A stretch of 64,000 nucleotides of DNA from an uncultured Pseudomonadota bacterium (GTDB lineage Bacteria > Pseudomonadota > Gammaproteobacteria > Burkholderiales > JALYOK01). The stretch is from NCBI GenBank assembly GCA_963840785.1, contig CAWJAF010000003.1:430125-494124 (forward strand), in the 5' to 3' direction. The position numbers and the translations under genes are program-made. Under the pieces are notes generated by a model. It worked only from the letters and a program-made list of their open reading frames with translations, searched no databases and was not told the origin of the DNA. Positions 32,166 through 43,406 of this stretch are shown here, piece by piece; position 1 is the first letter of the stretch; every line of letters begins with the position of its first letter.

Positions 32166-32199
32166 ATCCTTTATTTCCTAACCAACGCCCACCCCCGCC

Positions 32200-32769
32200 A
32201 TGCCGCCCGCCGATGACAATGCCTTAATCGCCCTGCGAGACTATTACGCCGAACATCAGGTGTTGCCGTCGTATACGACGATCGCGGATCTGTTGGGGCT
32301 TAAGTCCAAGGCCTGGATTTCGGCCTTGGTATCGCGTTTGATCTTGCAACGGTATTTAGCCTTTACCGCCGATAAGCGCTTGAAACCGGGGGCGCGGTTC
32401 TTTGAGCACTTTGTATTTGACAGCGTCCAAGCCGGATTGCCGAATCCGGCGAATGATAATCCGCCGGAAGCCATTACGCTGGAGAACTTTCTGATTCATC
32501 GCCCATCGCAGACGGTGTTGATTCGGGTCAAGGGCGATTCGATGAAAGATGCCGGGATTCATGACGGCGATCTGGCCGTGGTGGAACGGCGCTATACGGC
32601 CAATGTCGGTGAAATTGTGGTGGCGAATCTCGACAATGAATTCACGCTGAAGTATTTGGATAAGGATAAAGCCGGCCATTTCTTGCGGCCGGCTAACGAC
32701 GATTTTGCGCCGATTCGTAGCGGATTTGAAATCTTTGGCGTGATGGTGGGCTTGGTGCGTAAGTATTGA
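32200..32769 (+). CDS. lexA: LexA-like repressor (HTH plus S24 peptidase)
   Basis: PSY..IA.LLG HTH, VQAG cleavage site, VKGDSM catalytic Ser, TLK catalytic Lys. Confidence 0.8.
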   Translation: MPPADDNALIALRDYYAEHQVLPSYTTIADLLGLKSKAWISALVSRLILQRYLAFTADKRLKPGARFFEHFVFDSVQAGLPNPANDNPPEAITLENFLIHRPSQTVLIRVKGDSMKDAGIHDGDLAVVERRYTANVGEIVVANLDNEFTLKYLDKDKAGHFLRPANDDFAPIRSGFEIFGVMVGLVRKY

Positions 32770-32878
32770 ATTGGAAATTCCCACCTGGCGAAGTGACGAT
32801 ACCCGCCCAGTTCGGACGGCAACATTTGTTCACAATCCTGACACCCCCATTTAACATTTGATTCGGTATGATGGGTTC

Positions 32879-32955
32879 CATGTTGTGACGTTCCTCCTCC
32901 GCGTCATCGCAGGAAATCTCCTCCAATTAGAGCCCACGCGTTGTGGGCTTTTTTT
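32879..32955 (+). ncRNA. Candidate anti-Shine-Dalgarno sRNA with intrinsic terminator
   Basis: TATGAT at 32867; CCTCCTCC in a TGACG/CGTCA hairpin loop; second CTCCTCC; AGCCCAC-N5-GTGGGCT followed by a T run. Confidence 0.5.
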
Positions 32956-33196
32956 ATGGTCTGATCGCGGAACATTCGACGGGCTGGACTTGAAATCGAC
33001 ACGCCCCAAATCGCTGGGAGGCGCAACCTGAGGCGTGAACCCGACGTCGATCCGCAATTTCCGCAAATCCATCGAGTCGAACAATAATTTACGCCCGACA
33101 CGACATCAGCGCAATTAAATTTCGCCGATTGGTTGGCGCTCGACTGAGAAATTTGCACCGCTGCCAAAGCGTCTCGACCGGCGTTACCATACGCCC

Positions 33197-34376
33197 ATGA
33201 CACGCCGCATCGCTCATCTGGACATGGACGCCTTCTACGCTTCCGTAGAATTGCTGCGCTATCCGCAGTTACGCGGCTTGCCTGTCGTCGTTGGCGGTCG
33301 ACGCCGGCGTGAGGCGGATCAGTCAATGGATTCGTCAACCCCGATTGATGCGTTCGTTCGTCTTCGCGATTATGTCGGCCGTGGCGTGGCGACGACGTCG
33401 ACCTACGAAGCCCGAGCCTTGGGCGTTCATTCTGCGCTTGGGATTAATGAAAGCTGCGGTCTTGGCGCCGGACGCCATTTTGTTGCCCGCCGATTTCGAC
33501 GAATACATTCGTTATTCCCGGCTATTCAAAGCCGCCGTTGGCGAGATTGCCCCGCATATCGAAGATCGTGGAATCGATGAAATCTATATCGATTTAACCG
33601 AAGTGCCCGGCGAAACGATTCCGCTGGCGCAATCGATTAAGGACAACGTCAAACGCGCAACCGGCTTGTCCTGCTCCATCGGTATCACACCAAATAAGCT
33701 GCTCTCCAAGATCGCTTCGGATTTGGAGAAACCCAACGGCCTGACGGTGCTCGGTGAAACCGATATTTCAACTCGAATATGGCCATTACCTTGCCGCAAG
33801 ATTAACGGCATCGGCCCGCGATCCAGCGCCAAGCTGGAAGGCTTGGGGATTCGGACCATTGGTGAATTGGCGCAAGCGTCTGTTGAAATGCTGGTCGAAC
33901 AATTCGGCAATCATTACGGCCATTGGCTTATCGAAGTCGCCCACGGTCGTGATGATCGGCCGGTCGTTACCGAGCGCGAGCCGAAATCCATTAGCCGGGA
34001 AACGACCTTTGAGCGGGATTTAGATCCGAAGCGCGATCGCGAAACGTTGTCGCGAATCTTGCTGGATTTGTGCGTAAAACTGAGCGGTGATTTGAAGCGT
34101 AAAGGTTACAAGGGCAAAACCATCGGCGTAAAACTCCGGTACGCGAATTTCAAAATCGTGACACGGGATACGACGTTGAGATTCGCTGTCGACGATGCCG
34201 AATCGATTCGCGACGCGGTACGCAGTTGTTTGAAGCGCGTATCACTTGATGCGCGGCTTCGATTGCTTGGTGTGCGCATTGCCGCGCTGGTATCGACTGA
34301 ACAAGCGAACAATACCAATTCGGAATCGAGCGCGGAAACGTTTCCGCGCGGCCAAAGTTTGTCGTTATTCGATTAA
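33197..34376 (+). CDS. dinB: DNA polymerase IV (frameshift near 33440)
   Basis: HLDMDAFYASVE, IDEIYID, KIASDLEKPNG, LRLLGV, C-terminal QSLSLF. Confidence 0.9.
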
Positions 34377-34542
34377 AGGTTTTGTTTTTTCGTTTCGCAA
34401 TTCACTAAAGATAAAAAACAAGAATCAACACCGCCGCCACCTCGTCGAGGTCGCGGCATCAATGTTGAGGCGGACTGTCGGTGATGCTGACAGACCGCGG
34501 TTTGTTTTATTTTGAGTCGTTCTCTTGTTTTTCGTATTACCC

Positions 34543-34727
34543 CCGTTCCCCTAAGTTCGTCGCCTGATCCGCAAGACTAGCCGGTGCCGGCAACCTGCAA
34601 GGGCGTTTCGCGGCATAAACGGCTGCCACCCCGCTACGCGGGTCCCCGCCATTAATTCCACGGTCCCTTGCAGGTTGCCTATGCGCACCGGCTACTTTTC
34701 TTGCGGGCGACGAACTCAGGGGAACGG
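34543..34727. promoter_or_regulatory. Long imperfect inverted repeat, Frpo/ssi-like single-stranded promoter candidate
   Basis: Nested paired blocks CCGTTCCCC/GGGGAACGG, AGTTCGTCGCC/GGCGACGAACT, CGCAAGA/TCTTGCG, TAGCCGGTGC/GCACCGGCTA, GGCAACCTGCAAGGG/CCCTTGCAGGTTGCC. Confidence 0.65.
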
Positions 34728-34928
34728 TGGCAATGGAATCAAACTTTTTTATTCGAACAACAACATCAAGATCAACAACAAGGTCAACGGCGGGCTCGGA
34801 ATCTAGGGGCCCGGTGGTGGGAGGGACGAGCGATTGAATGGCGTTTTGCGTTCAATCCAAGACTGGGAAGAATTGAATTCTTTCTCAAGGATTGAAGTCT
34901 TGTTTATTATTTCTTAAGGAGATGAAAC

Positions 34929-35320
34929 ATGTCTAGTCTTGCATAAAGTAACGGGTTCGATGATCGGTTATGTGGTGTCGGTACCGCAAGTCTCATTGGT
35001 CGGCGAAAGCCGTACCCCTCGGGCGTTTTATCAGGTGATTCGGAATATTCGTTGGAATGATCCGGATAGCGGGGAACGTCAGGAACGCAAAGTGGCGATT
35101 CCGCTTCACGTCTTGGGGTAAGCAAGCGGAGCACGATGCGAAATATCTGCGTAAGGGTTCCCATGTGGCGGTGGAATTTCGGATCGAGAATTCCCAATAC
35201 GAGAAAGATGGGGAAACCTTTTACGGCTTTCAGTTCACCGTGGAGGCCATCGAGTATCTGGATTCCAAGGAAGAAACCGAGCGGCGGGAACAGCGGCAGC
35301 GGGAAGCGGCCAATAGTTAA
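34929..35320 (+). CDS. ssb: Single-stranded DNA-binding protein (frameshifted)
   Basis: RBS AAGGAG; WGKQAE..AKYLRKGSHVAVE.RI....YEKDGE..Y. Confidence 0.8.
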
Positions 35321-35539
35321 TTGATCTGGGGCCGGCCTACGCTTCGCGTGGGCTGGTCCGTTTTCTAATGGAGCGAATTTAATGGGTGCCCTTTCCAATT
35401 CGGTTGGCCGGGCTAACAATAATCTCAGCACTGACGCGAAATTGACTCAAGCCGTCGCCATGTAGCGACAGTCATTCAGACTCACCGCTGTTGTCAATTT
35501 ACGATCGAGACGAATTGATCGCGCGTCAAAGCTAATCTA

Positions 35540-35680
35540 ATGCAACTTGAGCAAGATCATCTTTTGGAAATTTCAGCGCGGGAACGCAAAGCCTATGCCG
35601 ATTCGTTGGTCGCTCAATTTGAATTGACCGGATCCAATTTGCCGGCAGATGCCAATCCCCGGCAATTGCATTTGTTCTAA
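35540..35680 (+). CDS. Small hypothetical protein ending QLHLF (may start at 35382 with frameshifts)
   Basis: Open frame MQLEQDHLLE...PRQLHLF*, followed by a hairpin. Confidence 0.35.
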   Translation: MQLEQDHLLEISARERKAYADSLVAQFELTGSNLPADANPRQLHLF

Positions 35681-35771
35681 TCAGCAATTCCCCCGGCCTC
35701 GTCGCATGACGATTCTGGCCGGGAAATTTTTACCCCGCAACTAAATATCTTGTCACAAATCCTGCAATCCC

Positions 35772-35804
35772 GCTAGGCAAATTCACCCCCTGAATTTGCC
35801 TAGC
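35772..35804. repeat. Perfect 14-bp inverted repeat near oriT
   Basis: GCTAGGCAAATTCA-CCCCC-TGAATTTGCCTAGC. Confidence 0.8.
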
Positions 35805-35959
35805 CGGTGTTTTGTTTCGCGCCTAAAGTGAGCCCTCGTAAATTAAACGCTGCTGAATGTTGGAGGGAACGAAATGACGACATCACATCCATTGAGCGTT
35901 GCTCGGGCGGCGCCCGAACCCGCAATAAAGGGTTGCGCCGGCAAGAACCCGCCGGCTGA

Positions 35960-36085
35960 AAATGCATCACACCCCTTGCAATCGTCGATTGCCCGCAATG
36001 CCACGCCTGGCCTTGCGAAAGCTGTATAACACTAAGAACTTGCGAGTGTAACAGACCCTGTTCAACAGTAAGTTGTTTAATTAAA
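35960..36085 (-). other. Putative MOBF oriT; nic predicted between 35969 and 35968 on the minus strand
   Basis: Minus strand ATTGCAAGGGGTGT^GATGC versus F TTTGCGTGGGGTGT^GGTGC; IR GCAATCG-T-CGATTGC (35978-35992) ending 9 nt 5' of nic; IHF-like TAAGTTGTTTAAT at 36069; directly upstream of the trwA-like gene. Confidence 0.7.
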
Positions 36086-36098
36086 AAGGAGTGAAACC

Positions 36099-36483
36099 AT
36101 GCGCACTGAACTGATTGGAGTTCGTCTTCCGCTGCATGAAGCGCGCCGTGATCCGCCGACGAGCCGCTGAAATCGGTTTAACCAAATCCCCGTTCGCCGC
36201 GAATCTCGTTTTGCGCGGAATGCAAAAGCGACCACGCCGATGACTACCGACCTATCTGGACCAACTCGACGACAAATTACAACGATTAGAAAAGACGCTT
36301 AACGAAGTCGTAACGGTTCCAAGCAAGCCGCCAACGATGTCGTCCAATTGCAATACAGGCCTTCATGATCGAACCCGTTACTGATCCTTCGTTACCTGGT
36401 TAAGAGACGATCTCAAACTCGGTGGCGAGATCGGCCGTAAGTTACAGAAGGCGGTCGGCGAAGTTCGGGTGGCCGGATTATGA
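36099..36483 (+). CDS. TrwA-like relaxosome accessory protein (frameshifted)
   Basis: RBS AAGGAG, MRTELIGVRL ribbon-helix-helix-like start; position between oriT and the coupling protein. Confidence 0.5.
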
Positions 36484-38057
36484 CGCGCCGCGCGTGGCAG
36501 CATGTCGGGGTCGCGGCGATCGTTGCACCGGTCGCAGTTATTTGCATTTGGTGCATCTGGGTCGTTCGTGCTTTTGAACTGACCAAGCCCTACGGTCACA
36601 ATCTATTGAAAGCGGCAGGGCTTGCCTTTACGCGCGCCCAATTTAGGTCAACATCACTTACGGTAGCGTTGCGTTCGGGTTTGCCCTGGCCGGCGGGCTG
36701 GCCGCTCTGGTCTACCAATTCGGCAACCCACGCCAGCAACGGCATAACTTCGTGCGCGGCAGCGAGTTCATCGAATCCGGGGAATTAGCGCGTTATACCG
36801 CAAGGAACGGGAATCGGGTTTCGGCAAAGGGTTGGGCACGCAAGTCGCGCTGGCCGGCGTGCCGATACCGCGCCCGATCGAGCGGCTGCATTTCTTGATC
36901 GGTGGCACCACCCAATCGGGCAAGACCGTTACGATTACCGAAATGCTGGCTGGCGCATTGCGTCGCGGCGATCGCGCCGTGGTCGCCGATCCGAATGGCG
37001 GTTACTACGCCCGTTTCGGTCAGCCAGGCGATGTCATCCTCAATCCCTTCGATAGCCGTTCCGTCGGTTGGTCGATCTTTAATGAAATCGCCAAGGACTA
37101 TGACGTCGAACGCTATGCGCGTTCGGTGATTCCGGATGCCCGCAGTGCCCAGGATTTTGAATGGCATGGCTATGCCCGATTGCTGTTTAGCGAAACGGCG
37201 CAACGGCTGGTCGATCTTACGGCAAAACACCACCAAACAATTGATCTATTGGCTGACGGTGGCCAAGATCGAGGAATTGGGCGAATTGCTGCAAGAAACG
37301 CCGGCGGTCGGTTTATTCGATCAGGGCGCGAATAAAGCGCTGTCGAGTACGCGATTCATCCTGACCAACTACATTAATCCGCACAAATATCTCACGCCCG
37401 GCGATTTCTCGTTGCGCCGCTGGTTGGAAGAAGGCAAAGGGAGCCTCTACATCACCTGGCGCGAAGATATGGCCGAAGCGCTACGACCGCTGATTTCGAC
37501 ATGGTTTGACGTGTTGGTTGGTTCGATGCTGAGCTTGCCGCCGAGCGATGCGCGGCTTGTGTGGTTCTTCTTGGACGAACTCGCCAGTATGGAGCGGCTC
37601 AGTTCCTTGGAAGACGGCTTGACCAAAGGCGCGAAGCATGGCGGACGATTCGTTTGCGGGCTCCAATCGACCGCGCAGCTTGACGATATTTACACGCGAG
37701 ATAAGGCCGTTGTGTTGCGAAGCTGTTTCCGAAATTTACTCGTGCTGAATATTCCCGAACACCGATCCGGTGACGGCAGAGGAATACAGCAAGGGCTTAG
37801 GCGAGCGGGAATTCATCCGCACCGAGAAATCGCGGGCTTACAACTGGCAGCGGGGAAATACGGTGACTCATACGAAACGTCATGTCCGTGAACGGGCGGT
37901 GATGCCGAGCGAGATTCACAAGCTGCCCGATCTAACCGGTTATCTGAAGTTGGCGGGCGATTATCCGATCGCCAAGGTGAAACTGACGCCGAAGGATTAT
38001 CCGATTCGGAATAAGGCGATTGTGGAGGGTGACAATGCTATCGATCGCAAACGTTAA
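36480..38057 (+). CDS. Type IV coupling protein TrwB/TraD-like (several frameshifts)
   Basis: HFLIGGTTQSGKT, DPNG, LNPFDSRS, FLDELAS, GLQS.AQL, VMPSEI..LPDL.GYL. Confidence 0.9.
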
Positions 38058-40675
38058 ATCCGGCGCGCAGCCGGAAAGCTATTACAGCGGCGGTGACGAC
38101 TATTACAACTCGAAGAAAGAGAAAGCCCCAAGCCAATGGCGCGGCGAGCTTGCGAAAGAACTTGGAGCTTGAGGGCGCGGTAAGGCCTGAAGACGTCAAC
38201 CCATTACTCAATGGCATCTTGCCGGACGGACAACACATTCATCACGGCGGTGGCAAGCGTCTGCGCGGCATTGATCTGACGTTGAACGCGCCGAAATCGG
38301 TATCGATCCAGGCGTTAGCGATCGGTGATGGTCGGCTGATTGAGGCCCACGAACGCGCCGTGACCGTCGCAATGCGCCACGCCGAAACAACTGGCCATAA
38401 CGCGTGACGGCGAAATGACCGGTAAGCTCTTGATTGCCAGTTACCAACACGGCACGAGCCGGGAACTCGATCCGCATTTGCATACGCACAACGTGGTGAT
38501 CAATGTCACCCGCAAGAACGACGGCAGTTGGCGCGCGCTAAACTATCGGGCGTACTTCGAGAACCAAAAACTCATCACGGCGATTTACCGCGCTGAACTG
38601 GCGCGCGAGGTCCGCGCATTGGGGTATGAAATTCGTCTGACGGGCAAAAATCACGGCTTTGAACTCGCTCACATTACGCCGGCGCAAATCCGGGCGTTTT
38701 CGAAACGCGCCACACAAATCGAAACCTCGCTCGAAAAGCGCGGGCTCGATCGGGAATCGGCCACGTCAAAGCAACTGGAGCGCGAAACCCTCGCTACGCG
38801 ACGACCGAAACGTAATGTCGATCGAACTTCTCTCGGCGAGCAATGGCGGGAAAAAGCCAACGAACTTGGCATCGAATCTAAGCTTGTTACCGCGATCCTC
38901 AGCCGAAATCCAGCAAAGCCAAGGAAACCACTGCGCTCGGCGCGGTCGACTACGCCATCGAGCACCTGACTGAACGCCAAGCCGCCGTCACGGAAAACCA
39001 AGTCGTTCAAACAGCATTAGGCGCCGGCATGGGCTATGTCAACGCGAATGAAATCTATGCGGATTTGCGCAACAGGCGAATCAGGCGGGCGAGATATTGC
39101 GGCAGAATGGTCAAGTTGACGACACGAGCGAAATGCTGCAGACGCGAGAAACGACATTCTACATATCGCACTAGTCCGGTCGTGGCCAAACGCCTAGAAT
39201 TGCCGACTCGCGAATACGTGGTCAAGCAATTGCAGTCCACAACACTTAATCCAAGGCCAACGCCAGGCGGTCGAACTCATCGCCACCTCGCCCGATCGCG
39301 TCGTCGGCGTTCAAGGCCGCGCCGGTACCGGTAAAACCTTTATGCTGGCGGAAGTCAAACGTATTGCCGAGACAAATGGATTCAAACTCATGGGCTTGGG
39401 TCCGTCCGGACGCGCGGTTCAAGAATTGACCGACGCCGGCGTCGAGTCTCGCACGATCGCGAGTTTCAATATCGCTCAAGATAAAGAGATCGACGGCAAA
39501 TCGGTGATCGTGATCGATGAAGCCGGCATGGTGCCGACTCAGGATATGCGGCAAATCCTTCAGACGCCGAGCAGCATAACGCCAAAGTGGTCGTGATCGG
39601 CGATGAGAAACAGCTCAAAGCGGTCGAAGCGGGTCGGCCGTTTGCGCAACTTTATGAGCACGGCATTCAGTTTGCGCTGATGGACGAGATTCAGCGCCAA
39701 CAGAACGAAACGCTGCGCGAGGCGGTTATTGAAGCAAGCCGCGGTCAGATCGCGCAATCTATTTCCCGCATGGAACCACACATCACGGAAATTAAAGCCG
39801 ACGAAAAACGCTATCGAACAATTGCTGAAGAATTTGCGAATCGATCCTCCGAGGAGCGGCGCAACACGTTGGTGATCACCGGTACGAATCAGGCGCGGGA
39901 TGCGATTAATCGGGAAATTCGAGCCGCGTTGGGCCGTGGGGACGACGGTCAGCCGGTGACGATCGTTCGACGCGTCGATATGACCAAAGCGCAGGCCAAG
40001 CTGATACGGCACTATGAGCCTGGAATGGTGGTCGAAGCCAGCCGCGCCTATTCTGGGATATTGGCCGAGAAAGGCGAGCGTTTCCATGTCGACACGGTTG
40101 GTCGGGAGTTCGTGCGACTGCGGCGAGAAAATGGCAAAGCTCGTTGGATTGGAATCCAACACGCAATCCTGGTTTCATTGCTTATGAAGAACGAACGATC
40201 AAACTGGAAGCCGGCGATCGGATTCAGTTCACGCAGGGCGATAAGACCATTGGCTATAAGAGCCGGGAATTAGCGGAAGTGACGGAGATCGACAAAGATT
40301 CGTTAAACGTTCGTCGTAACAATGGCACGGAAATATCGTTACGACTTTCGACGACCGCTGACGATTGATTATGGCTATGCGGCCACGGCGCATAGTTCCC
40401 AAGGCGCGACAGTGGATCGCGTGATGGTGGATATCGATACCAAAAGCCGCTCAACAAACGATGCGGCTTACTACGTTGAGATCAGTCGCGCACGCCATGA
40501 AGCGAAGATTTACACCAACGATCAAACCAAACTTCCGGCCGCTGTATTACGCCGAGATGAAAAAACTGCGGCGCTTGATGTGGCGTACGCCAAAGATAAA
40601 ACCATCACGCCTCAACAAAATATTGCTTCGATCGTGAAACCAGCTAGAGCCATCGAGACCGATCGGCAACTTTGA
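38035..40675 (+). CDS. MOBF relaxase-helicase TrwC/TraI-like (several frameshifts)
   Basis: N-terminal YY...DDYY, DLTLNAPKSVS, H.TSRELDPHLHTH, FSKR, G.AGTGKT, IDEAGM, GD.KQL, YAATAHSSQG. Confidence 0.92.
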
Positions 40676-40788
40676 ATGGAACGCGTTTCGGAGAATATTT
40701 CGACGGCATCTGGTAATCTAATATTTATGAATCCAAGCTGCTATTGTTCACGGCCGATGAAATTGCCCGCGCGGGAGGCGGATAAAAA

Positions 40789-41421
40789 ATGAAACTGTAT
40801 GGGCATCCTAATTCTCGCGCGACCCGCGCTCTCTGGGCGCTCGAAGAAGTTCAGGCCGACTACGAGTATGTCCATGTTGATCTGAAATCCGGCCAAGGGC
40901 GCATCGATTCGTATCTCGCAATTAACCCAGCGGGTAAAGTTCCGACGTTAATCGATGGCGAATTAGTGATTACCGAATCGGCCGCAATATGCCTTTACCT
41001 CGGTGATAAGTTTCCCGAATCTGGTTTGCTACCACCAATCGGATCAACTGAACGTGCGGAATGCTATCGCTGGATAAGCTTCGCCATCAGTGAATTAGAG
41101 CAACCGCTTTGGACGATTGCGAAACATCGCTTTGTGTTGCCGGAAGAAAAGCGCGTTTCGGCGATATTGCAAACGGCGTTCTGGGAATTCTCGATTGCCG
41201 CCGGCATATTGACGAAAGGAATCGCTGATCGTCCGTATGCTGCTGGCGAAAAGTTTACGGCTGCCGATATATTACTGGGCCATACGTTGGCTTGGGCGCG
41301 AAGTACACGTATTGAGCTTGGTCACGACTCACTGAATGTTTACACCGATCGCGCCTTAGATCGCCCGGCGCTAACTCGCGCAAGAACACGCGCTCAGACA
41401 GGTATGGAAACCAAGAGCTAG
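40789..41421 (+). CDS. Glutathione S-transferase
   Basis: SRATR, INPAGKVPTL, ESAAI, FTAADI. Confidence 0.92.
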   Translation: MKLYGHPNSRATRALWALEEVQADYEYVHVDLKSGQGRIDSYLAINPAGKVPTLIDGELVITESAAICLYLGDKFPESGLLPPIGSTERAECYRWISFAISELEQPLWTIAKHRFVLPEEKRVSAILQTAFWEFSIAAGILTKGIADRPYAAGEKFTAADILLGHTLAWARSTRIELGHDSLNVYTDRALDRPALTRARTRAQTGMETKS

Positions 41422-41468
41422 GCGCAGAAGGTTTTCATCCGCGATCACCGCGCGATGCGCTACCTTTG

Positions 41469-42386
41469 CTACCTTTCCTCAAAATAATCGCTATCAATTT
41501 GCTTCACGGTGTAGGTCGCTTCGGCGCTAACGCCGACGTTGTGGTCGATCATCATTTCTGCCAATCGTATTCCATCAATGAGCACAATTCGCGTCGAAAG
41601 ATTTGCAGCGTAAGCTTTCGCTTCCGCCGAAAAATCTGAAGTTGTAATCATCACGCCTTTGTGTGCGCGATGTCCTTGCAAGGCCCCAGCGAAAGCTTGT
41701 ACGTGAGGCCGACCGACATTTGCTTCCCAACGCTTTGCTTGGACGTATATCGAATCTAGACCTAATCGATCTTCCTCAATAACGCCGTCAATGCCACCGT
41801 CGCCGGACCGCCCAACGGCTCGCGCAGCACCCTCGCGGCCGCCGCCATAGCCCATCGCGGCCAAAACGTCGATGACAATATTTTCAAATCGTTCTGGACT
41901 TACCCCTCGCAGCGTTTCGACAAGCTGCGACACCAGGCTGGCGCGGAGGGTTTGATACGACCGCTCCAAAGATTCCTCCGGTGATTCTTCGTGTAGTAAT
42001 TCGTCGCGCTTCGGATCGATTGCATTCACGGTCTGGACACCGCTTCCCGCCAGAAATGCCCGAAATTCCGCGAACTCGCGGAGCAATTCATTGTTGATGG
42101 CAGATGGATCACGTGCGAGGACTTCCCGCCCACGTTCTGTAATCTCATACATGCCACGCTGAGGCGTTCTCGCGAGCCCCGCTTGCTTGAGATAAGTTAA
42201 TGCCCATCCAGCACGGCTTCGGTACACAGGCGCTTTGCCGCTCGGTAGCATAAGCGCTCGATCTTCTGGCGACAATCTTAAAGTGTTCGCAACTGCGTCC
42301 ATAAGGCGTACTCTCCGTGCCTCCGAGCCGTCGGCCAAGCAGCGCAAAGTGGGGAGCATAAAAGCTTCGTAGGTAGGCATTGACAT
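41469..42386 (-). CDS. mrr: Mrr type IV restriction endonuclease
   Basis: Mrr_N winged helix (RAGWALTYLKQAG); GDGGIDG...YVQAKRW; ITTSDFS. Confidence 0.93.
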   Translation of the reverse strand: MSMPTYEAFMLPTLRCLADGSEARRVRLMDAVANTLRLSPEDRALMLPSGKAPVYRSRAGWALTYLKQAGLARTPQRGMYEITERGREVLARDPSAINNELLREFAEFRAFLAGSGVQTVNAIDPKRDELLHEESPEESLERSYQTLRASLVSQLVETLRGVSPERFENIVIDVLAAMGYGGGREGAARAVGRSGDGGIDGVIEEDRLGLDSIYVQAKRWEANVGRPHVQAFAGALQGHRAHKGVMITTSDFSAEAKAYAANLSTRIVLIDGIRLAEMMIDHNVGVSAEATYTVKQIDSDYFEER

Positions 42387-42402
42387 AGTTTTTGACTCCC
42401 GG

Positions 42403-43218
42403 CTAATTTGCCACCAATCCGATTTCATGTTTTCGCCGCTGCCGATCCACCTCACCAGCCCGTAAGAAACGCGACAGATGAAAACTCGCTAGGTTAATGT
42501 CCTCTTCGCGCAGCATGGCGTTTTCTTGATTTAAAAACGCCGGTAACGCCTTTGGCTCTAACACCCAAATATCATTTCGAGCGAACGACGTAGATTCAAC
42601 GAACCAACCCGGAAATACGATCACCGGTCGAACATGATATTCACGTCCGGTGCTTTCCTTTAGCAAGGCTCGCAGCCAAGTTGCTTGCGCTTTCGCCTGA
42701 ATGACCGGATCACGATCTGGCTCTCGATCAAAAACAGTAACTTTTTCGCCGTCAAATTGGACTCGTGCGTCGCCACGCGCAGGTTTTGACCAAGTTTTCG
42801 TTTCGATCGTAAAAACGCCAGCGGCCCCAATCAACACGTGATCGATGTTGAAATTATCACCGACGATATCGTGAAAAACTTTATATTTCCTTTCTCGCAG
42901 CGACTCCAAAAATTGACCCACGGCGCGTTCACCAACTATGCCTTGCTTCAAGTGTCGCATTCGCTGGCGTACACCCCATATCCGCCAAGCGAAGAAGATA
43001 ATACCGATCAATGCTAAAAGCGTGACGACCAATGGACTAGGCTTACTTGAAAAATAATAACGCCACCATTCGACGCCGGCCATAACAATCAATACCGCAA
43101 TATAAAGCAACGGCAACACGACTTTGTCTTCGAGTAACAACTCACGTTCCTCCGCGAGCGATTGACCTGGCAAGCGCAGTGGCGGAGCTTTAATGGGTGA
43201 TCGATTTGGCTCAGTCAT
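42403..43218 (-). CDS. Membrane-anchored NERD-domain nuclease
   Basis: Two TM helices; G..GE..V, NIDHVLIG..GVF.IETK. Confidence 0.85.
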   Translation of the reverse strand: MTEPNRSPIKAPPLRLPGQSLAEERELLLEDKVVLPLLYIAVLIVMAGVEWWRYYFSSKPSPLVVTLLALIGIIFFAWRIWGVRQRMRHLKQGIVGERAVGQFLESLRERKYKVFHDIVGDNFNIDHVLIGAAGVFTIETKTWSKPARGDARVQFDGEKVTVFDREPDRDPVIQAKAQATWLRALLKESTGREYHVRPVIVFPGWFVESTSFARNDIWVLEPKALPAFLNQENAMLREEDINLASFHLSRFLRAGEVDRQRRKHEIGLVAN

Positions 43219-43406
43219 TTCGTCTCGTCTAGATCTAGCGCTCGATACAAATCCTCGGCGAGCGCCGATTCCAATTCGGTGGTGATGTCGGCTGCAATAA
43301 TCTCCGCTGTAGGTCGCCTATCAAATTCCAACATGTTCCGGTATACCTTTCCGGTTGAAGATGCGAGCAGCCTGTGGTGGCGGTTTGCCGTGCAAAGGCT
43401 CGCGTC

